From: Candidatus Saccharimonadota bacterium
GTDB lineage: Bacteria; Bacteroidota; Bacteroidia; Flavobacteriales; Blattabacteriaceae
Assembly (NCBI RefSeq): GCF_014252415.1
Contig: NZ_CP059223.1
Span: 90,001 to 122,000 of the forward strand
Length of the DNA: 32,000 nt
Direction of reading: 5' to 3'
The notes under the pieces: model-generated
The model's input: only the letters and a program-made list of their open reading frames with translations
Database searches by the model: none
What the model was told of the DNA's origin: nothing
Position numbers and translations under genes: made by a program
Shown here: one piece after another, positions 26,518 through 32,000 of the stretch
Layout of the letters: each line of letters begins with the position of its first letter
Position numbering within the stretch: position 1 is the stretch's first letter

Positions 26518-27849
26518 CTAAATTTTTTTTATAAAATTTGTATTATAATCTCCTTTCATAAAATCATTATTTTGTATTAAATTTTTTTGAAATTGTATGC
26601 TAGTATGGATTCCTTCAATTACAAATTCATCTAAGCATCTATGCATTTTTTTTATTGCTTTTTCTCTATTTTTTTCTGTTGAAATAAGTTTTGCTATCAT
26701 AGAATCATAATAATGTGAAATATAATAACCTGAGTATATATGAGTATCAATTCTTACTCCTTTCCCCCCTGGAAAATGAAGTTGAGTTATTTTTCCAGGA
26801 GATGGTCTAAAATTATTACTAGGGTCTTCAGCATTTATTCTACATTCTATTGAACACATTTTAGGATAATAATTTTTTTTCGATAATTTTTTTCCATATG
26901 CTATTGATATTTGTTCTTGAACTAAATCAATGCCTACAGTTTCTTCTGTTATAGGATGTTCTACTTGAATCCTTGGATTCATTTCCATGAAATAAAAATT
27001 TTTATTTTTATCTACTAAAAATTCTATAGTTCCTATTCCTTCGTAATGAATAAATTCAGCTGCCTTTATTGATTTTTCACCCATTTTTTTTCTTAAATAG
27101 GGTGTAATAAACGGTGATGGAGTTTCTTCCAATAATTTTTGATTTCTTCTTTGAATAGAACAATCTCTTTCGGATAAATGACAAATATTTCCATAAGAAT
27201 CTCCCATTATTTGGATTTCAATATGCCTAGGATCGATTATTAATTTTTCTATATAAACATCTTTTTTTCCAAAAAAGGATAAAGATTCTTTTTTTGCTTC
27301 TCCCCAACATATTTTTAAATCATTTTTTTCAAAAACAGATCTTATTCCTTTTCCTCCACCTCCATATACAGATTTTATAATAATAGGATATCCTATTTTA
27401 TCAGCTATTTTTTCTACGTCCTTATAAGAAGAATTAATAAAACAATTAGTTCCAGGAATACAATGAATACCAGCTTTCATCATTGTTTTTTTTGCATAAA
27501 TTTTATTAGCCATTTTCATCATGTGATTAGGTTGAGCACCAATAAATTTAATTCCATGTTTATTACACATAGATGAAAAATATGCACTCTCAGAGAGAAA
27601 ACCATATCCAGGATGAATAGCATCAGAATTTGTAATTTCTGCTGCAGAAATTATATTAGGAATATTCAAATAAGATTTTTTTGGATCAGGAGGTCCTATA
27701 CAAACAGCCTCATCCGCAAAATGAACATGTAAACCATACTTATCTGCAGTAGAATAAATTGCAACTGTTTTTAATCCCATTTCTTTAACTGTTCTTATTA
27801 TACGCAAAGCTATTTCACCTCTATTAGCTATTAATATTTTTATTGACAT
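26518..27849 (-). CDS. accC: Acetyl-CoA carboxylase biotin carboxylase subunit
   Basis: 443 aa. ILIANRGEIALRI, ATP-grasp GGGGKGIR and EMNPRIQVEHPITE. Confidence 0.96.
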   Translation of the reverse strand: MSIKILIANRGEIALRIIRTVKEMGLKTVAIYSTADKYGLHVHFADEAVCIGPPDPKKSYLNIPNIISAAEITNSDAIHPGYGFLSESAYFSSMCNKHGIKFIGAQPNHMMKMANKIYAKKTMMKAGIHCIPGTNCFINSSYKDVEKIADKIGYPIIIKSVYGGGGKGIRSVFEKNDLKICWGEAKKESLSFFGKKDVYIEKLIIDPRHIEIQIMGDSYGNICHLSERDCSIQRRNQKLLEETPSPFITPYLRKKMGEKSIKAAEFIHYEGIGTIEFLVDKNKNFYFMEMNPRIQVEHPITEETVGIDLVQEQISIAYGKKLSKKNYYPKMCSIECRINAEDPSNNFRPSPGKITQLHFPGGKGVRIDTHIYSGYYISHYYDSMIAKLISTEKNREKAIKKMHRCLDEFVIEGIHTSIQFQKNLIQNNDFMKGDYNTNFIKKI

Positions 27850-27850
27850 T

Positions 27851-28300
27851 TTAATAATCAGTTTCTAAAAGAAATAAAGGTTGATCATAATCAACAGGTG
27901 TAGCGTCTTCTACAAAAATTTTTAATAATTTTCCATTTACTTCAGATTCTACATTATTAAATAATTTCATAGCTTCTATAATACAGATCTTCATTCCTAT
28001 TTTAATTATATCTCCTACTTCGACAAAAGGTTCCTTATTTGGATGAGGTTTTCTGTAAAATGTTCCTATGATAGGAGATCTTATTGTAACTAAATTTTTG
28101 TGTTTTACTTCTGATTTTTTATTATTTTCTTTTTGATGATCTTTAAAAAAAGATTTATTTATTGTATGATATTTATTTTTTTTAAAATTATTTTTTTTAT
28201 TTTTTATATAAATTTTTATTTCTCCTATTTGAATTTTTATTTCATTTATATTTGATTTAGAAACTATTTGAATAAGGGATTTAATCATATTAAGATCCAT
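27851..28300 (-). CDS. accB: Acetyl-CoA carboxylase biotin carboxyl carrier protein
   Basis: 149 aa. Biotinylation motif CIIEAMKLFN and a C-terminal lipoyl/biotinyl domain. There is a 1-nt spacer to accC. Confidence 0.93.
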   Translation of the reverse strand: MDLNMIKSLIQIVSKSNINEIKIQIGEIKIYIKNKKNNFKKNKYHTINKSFFKDHQKENNKKSEVKHKNLVTIRSPIIGTFYRKPHPNKEPFVEVGDIIKIGMKICIIEAMKLFNNVESEVNGKLLKIFVEDATPVDYDQPLFLLETDY

Positions 28301-28322
28301 ATGATAATGTCATTTTTTTTAT

Positions 28323-28505
28323 TTATTTTTTTTCATATACTATTTTTCCTTTATAATATAATTTTTTATCTAACCAATAAGCATGGTGATACAAATGTAT
28401 TTGATTAGTAATTAAACATTTTTTTAATAATGGTAATTTTAATTTTATATGCATTCTTCGATTATTTCTTTTAGATTTAGATTTTTTTCTTTTTGGATGT
28501 GCCAT
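28323..28505 (-). CDS. rpmF: 50S ribosomal protein L32
   Basis: 60 aa. MAHPKRKKSKSKRNNRRMH is the typical L32 N-terminus. Confidence 0.9.
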   Translation of the reverse strand: MAHPKRKKSKSKRNNRRMHIKLKLPLLKKCLITNQIHLYHHAYWLDKKLYYKGKIVYEKK

Positions 28506-28604
28506 AATTATATTAATTTTAATACTAATTTATATTTTAATTCATACATTTCTTAAAACGATAATAAAAAAAATAAAAATTTTTAATATCGATTTAAACC
28601 TATT

Positions 28605-30080
28605 ATGATAAATAATAAAAGGAATAAAAATTATTCTGAATGGTATAATGAAATAATTCATAAATCTGGTTTAGCTGAATTTTCAGGTATACGTGGATTT
28701 ATGGTAATAAAACCATATGGATATTCATTATGGGAAATAATAAAATGTGAATTAGATAAAATATTAAAAGAATCAGGACATCAAAATATTTATTTTCCAC
28801 TTTTAATATCTAAATCTATTTTTTCAAAAGAAAAAAAACATACTAATTTTTTTTCTGATGGATGTGCTGTTGTTACACATTCTAGAATAAAAAAAAATAA
28901 TGATCAATTAATTATTGATTTTAAATCTAAATTAAAAGAAGAATTAGTAATTAGACCTACTTCTGAAAGTATTATCTGGAATACATATAAAAAATGGATA
29001 CAATCTTATAAAGATTTACCTATTTTATTAAATCAATGGGGTAATGCAATAAGATGGGAAATGCGGACAAAATTATTTATTAGAACATCCGAATTTTTAT
29101 GGCAAGAAGGACATACTGCGCATTCTTCTAAAAATGAAGCAATAATTGAGGTAAAAAATATATTGAATATTTACACAAATTTTTTGAAAGATTTTATGGC
29201 AATACCGGTAATAAAAGGAATAAAACCGTATATGGACCAATTTCATGGGTCAGAAAATACGTACTGTATAGAAGCATTAATGCAAGATGGAAAATCATTA
29301 CAAATTGGTACAACTCATTTTTTAGGACAAAATTTTTCTAAAGCTTTTCATGTAAAATTTACAAATCATAATGGAAAGAAAGATTATGTATGGTCTACAT
29401 CTTGGGGAATGTCCACTAGATTAATTGGAGGTTTAATAATGTCACATTCGGATGATAAGGGATTAATTATACCTCCCAAAATTGCTCCAGTACAAATTGT
29501 AATTATTCCAATTTATAATAATGAAGAAAAAAATAATTCATTTATAGAAATAATAGTAAAAAAATTAATATCTACATTGAATACTAATAATTTAAGAATA
29601 AAATATGATAATAGAAAAATATTTTCTCCAGGATGGAAGTTTAATGAATATGAAGTAAAAGGAGTTCCAATAAGAATTGTTATTGGAAAAAATGAAATAA
29701 AAGAAAAAAAAATAGAGATTTTTAGAAGAGATACTTGTAAAAAGATTTATTATTCATTAGATAACAATGATAATTTAATTAAATTTATTATGGATTTATT
29801 GAATGATATACAAAAAAATATTTATAAAAAAGCCTTGAATAGAACTAAACAATCAATTGTTAAGATTGATTGTTTTAAAAAATTTAAAGATCATATAAAT
29901 AATTTTGGAGGATTTATTTTATCTCATTGGGATGGTACATCTGATACAGGAAAAATAATACAAAAAAAAACAGAGGCAACTATACGTTGTATTCCGTTTG
30001 ATTATGGAAAAGAAGAAGGAAAATGTATTTATTCTGGAAAATATTCTCCTCAAAGAGTTATTTTTTCAAAATCTTATTAA
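28605..30080 (+). CDS. proS: Proline--tRNA ligase (archaeal/eukaryote-like type without INS editing domain)
   Basis: 491 aa. Class II motifs (IRPTSES, FLWQEGHTAH, GTTHFLGQNFSKAF, SWGMSTRLIGGLIM), an anticodon-binding domain, and a C-terminal domain ending in Tyr (...FSKSY), as in this ProRS subtype. Confidence 0.94.
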   Translation: MINNKRNKNYSEWYNEIIHKSGLAEFSGIRGFMVIKPYGYSLWEIIKCELDKILKESGHQNIYFPLLISKSIFSKEKKHTNFFSDGCAVVTHSRIKKNNDQLIIDFKSKLKEELVIRPTSESIIWNTYKKWIQSYKDLPILLNQWGNAIRWEMRTKLFIRTSEFLWQEGHTAHSSKNEAIIEVKNILNIYTNFLKDFMAIPVIKGIKPYMDQFHGSENTYCIEALMQDGKSLQIGTTHFLGQNFSKAFHVKFTNHNGKKDYVWSTSWGMSTRLIGGLIMSHSDDKGLIIPPKIAPVQIVIIPIYNNEEKNNSFIEIIVKKLISTLNTNNLRIKYDNRKIFSPGWKFNEYEVKGVPIRIVIGKNEIKEKKIEIFRRDTCKKIYYSLDNNDNLIKFIMDLLNDIQKNIYKKALNRTKQSIVKIDCFKKFKDHINNFGGFILSHWDGTSDTGKIIQKKTEATIRCIPFDYGKEEGKCIYSGKYSPQRVIFSKSY

Positions 30081-30090
30081 ACAAAATTTT

Positions 30091-31032
30091 TCAACAAATT
30101 TTTTTTAAATTTCCTAAAAAATGTTTTATAGAAAAATAATTTTTTTTTTTTAAAAATTCTTTTAATTCTTTTTTTAATCTATCAAAAATTGATATTCCTT
30201 CTTTTATAAATTGTGTTCCTACCTGTACTGCAGAAGCCCCACACAATATATAATCAAACACATCTTGTCCAGAAGAAATTCCTCCACATCCTATTATTGA
30301 AATATCTTTTCTCAAAAAAGAAAAAAATTTTGAAACATTTGATAATGCAAATGGTTTAATTATTTTTCCTCCTATACCACCAAAACCATTGTTTGGACTA
30401 ATTACCACAGATTCTGTATATGAATTTACATATAATCCATTTGGAATACTATTAACACATGTAATAAATCCAATAGGATATCTATTTATAATAGATGCCA
30501 TATTTTTTATATGAATTTCATTAAAATAAGGAGGTAATTTGATTCCCAAAGGTTTTTTATTAAATTTAAATACATTTTTTAAAAATTTAGATACATAAAA
30601 AAAATTGTATCCAAATATTTCTCTTTTATTTACAATATTTGGACAAGATAAATTTATTTCTAAAGCACTAATATTAGATATTAAATTTGCTTTTTTTATT
30701 AAAAAATAATTTTCTTTTAAAGAAAATCCAGATATAGATAAAAAAATAGGTTTATTAATTTTTTTTTTTTTTAAAAAATCTATGTAAAAATCTATTCCAA
30801 GATTTGGTAATCCCATTGAATTAATACTTCCAATATTCCATTCAAAATATCTTGGTTTTTTATTACCATCTCTTAAATTTGTAGTACAACTTTTTGTTAC
30901 TAATGCTCCAGAAGAACTATCTAATAGATTAGATAATTCTTTTTCTGTTCTACATAATGCTCCAGATGCGTTCATAATACATGATGATAATTTTATATTA
31001 TTAATTTTGGTGGAAATATCTATTTTTTTCAT
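30091..31032 (-). CDS. pyrD: Dihydroorotate dehydrogenase, class 1 (1A-like, cytosolic)
   Basis: 313 aa. MNASGA, PRY...GSINSMGLPNLG, catalytic-Cys loop NLSCPN, GFGGIGG and GCGGISSGQD. There is no N-terminal membrane extension (class 2) and no adjacent pyrK (class 1B). Confidence 0.9.
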   Translation of the reverse strand: MKKIDISTKINNIKLSSCIMNASGALCRTEKELSNLLDSSSGALVTKSCTTNLRDGNKKPRYFEWNIGSINSMGLPNLGIDFYIDFLKKKKINKPIFLSISGFSLKENYFLIKKANLISNISALEINLSCPNIVNKREIFGYNFFYVSKFLKNVFKFNKKPLGIKLPPYFNEIHIKNMASIINRYPIGFITCVNSIPNGLYVNSYTESVVISPNNGFGGIGGKIIKPFALSNVSKFFSFLRKDISIIGCGGISSGQDVFDYILCGASAVQVGTQFIKEGISIFDRLKKELKEFLKKKNYFSIKHFLGNLKKIC

Positions 31033-31104
31033 GACTTATTTATTTACGATATTTTTAATCATTAAAGTATAAAATTTTTTTAACTTTGTTTAAATATATT
31101 TTTC

Positions 31105-32000
31105 ATGGAAAAAAAAAAAAAATTTTTTTTAAGTATATATAATTTAGGAATTATAAAATTTGGAAATTTTACATTAAAAAGTGGAATAAATTCTCCTATA
31201 TATATTGATTTTAGACCAATAGCTTCTAAACCAAAATTATTAATAGAATTATCACATCTTTTATTAGAATTAGTTCCATCTAATAAATTTGAATTAATAT
31301 GTGGTGTACCTTACGCAGCTTTACCTATAGCAACAGCATTATCTTTAATAACTAACATACCACTAATAATCAAAAGAAAAGAAAATAAAGGATATGGAAC
31401 TAAACAAATGATTGAAGGAATTTATAAAAAAGGACAAAATTGTTTATTAATAGAAGATGTTATTACAAGTGGAGATAGTTTATTAAAAACTATAGTAGAT
31501 ATAGAAAAAGAAGGATTAATAATAAAAAATATAATATCAATTTTAGATAGAGAACAAGGAGGAATAGATAATATAAAAAATGTAGGTTATAAAATACAAT
31601 CCTTATTTCGAATAAAAGAAGTTATTAATATATTAAATGATAATGATATTCTAGACAAAAAAAAAATTGATTATCTATATTTTTTTATAAAGAATAAAAA
31701 CAAGAAAGATCAAATTAAAAAAATTTCTTATGAAGAGAAAAAGAAAAATATATCACATTTAATAGGAAAAAAATTAATTGATATAACGTTAAAAAAAAAA
31801 AGTAATTTAATCGTTTCATTAGATTTAGTTTATTCTGAAAAAATATTAGAATTGGTTAGTTTAATTGGAGATAAAGTTTGTGGAATAAAATTACATTCAG
31901 ACATAATTAATGATTTTTCATTTTCATTTATAAATACTATTAAAAAATTATCTATAAAAAAAGAATTTCTTTTATTAGAAGATAAAAAACTATGTGATAT
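31105..32000 (+). CDS. Bifunctional UMP synthase-like protein: orotate phosphoribosyltransferase (N) fused to OMP decarboxylase (C); partial, continues past the window end
   Basis: Hand translation from ATG 31105 is open to the window end (298 codons). The OPRT domain reads MEKKKKFFLSIYNLGIIKFGNFTLKSGINSPIYIDFR...CGVPYAALPIATALS...LLIEDVITSGDSLL...LDREQGG. After a linker, the OMP-decarboxylase N-terminal motifs read SNLIVSLDL...GIKLHSDIINDF...LLLEDKKLCDI (compare S-x-D, K-T-H, F-E-D-R-K-F-A-D-I-G-N-T). It is not in the ORF track because it lacks a stop inside the window. Confidence 0.85.
   Translation, partial: MEKKKKFFLSIYNLGIIKFGNFTLKSGINSPIYIDFRPIASKPKLLIELSHLLLELVPSNKFELICGVPYAALPIATALSLITNIPLIIKRKENKGYGTKQMIEGIYKKGQNCLLIEDVITSGDSLLKTIVDIEKEGLIIKNIISILDREQGGIDNIKNVGYKIQSLFRIKEVINILNDNDILDKKKIDYLYFFIKNKNKKDQIKKISYEEKKKNISHLIGKKLIDITLKKKSNLIVSLDLVYSEKILELVSLIGDKVCGIKLHSDIINDFSFSFINTIKKLSIKKEFLLLEDKKLCD

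Noticed and set aside
28301-28322. Possible loss of fabH between rpmF and accB, and loss of yceD/DUF177 upstream of rpmF (expected beyond 28506), relative to the synteny I vaguely recall in Flavobacteriia
   Set aside because: Only a 22-bp spacer is present, so no remnant can be examined. My memory of the ancestral gene order is not firm enough to claim a deletion.

Overview
This window is a contiguous, very gene-dense and visibly extremely AT-rich chromosome segment (exact GC not computed). It looks like a genome-reduced Bacteroidota (Flavobacteriales-type) insect endosymbiont, of the Blattabacterium/Sulcia-like kind; the exact taxon cannot be decided without a database search. The lineage call rests on several Bacteroidota hallmarks: mutY-HU-rng synteny, the rpmB-rpmG-DUF4295-ftsY operon, DUF4293 next to rho, a GldE homolog, a GYDIA-type GHMP kinase, a Rho N-terminal insertion and no Shine-Dalgarno motifs. 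I support about 36 protein-coding genes, all housekeeping. They cover DNA repair (mutL, mutY, rmuC), TCA (gltA, fumC), fatty-acid and lipid synthesis (fabD, accB, accC, pssA) and translation (rpmB, rpmG, rpmF, prfA, proS, mnmG, ybeY). They also cover rho, htpG, ftsY and pyrimidine synthesis (pyrD, pyrE-pyrF fusion). There are also 3 tRNAs (Leu-UAG, Ser-GGA, initiator Met), RNase P RNA and one clear pseudogene. Four short genes missing from the ORF track were found by hand: a 30-aa basic peptide, DUF4295, an FtsB-like mini-protein and a 50-aa membrane ORF. Two edge-truncated genes were also found by hand: a rhomboid protease and a UMP-synthase-like fusion. I see no mobile element, CRISPR array, defence island or obviously novel multi-gene system, and I do not want to overstate the window. 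The most notable observations are these. (1) A full-length, colinear but stop-riddled ribH remnant fills the only large gap. (2) MutL keeps its ATPase motifs while all endonuclease and zinc motifs are substituted. (3) A eukaryote-style OPRT-ODC fusion sits divergent from a class-1A-like PyrD. (4) yebC, rnpB and tRNA-Ser are packed with 6- and 7-nt spacers, and the RNase P RNA is shortened. (5) Ribosomal-protein genes overlap by 20 nt. (6) Homopolymer tracts of 12-14 nt lie inside essential ORFs.
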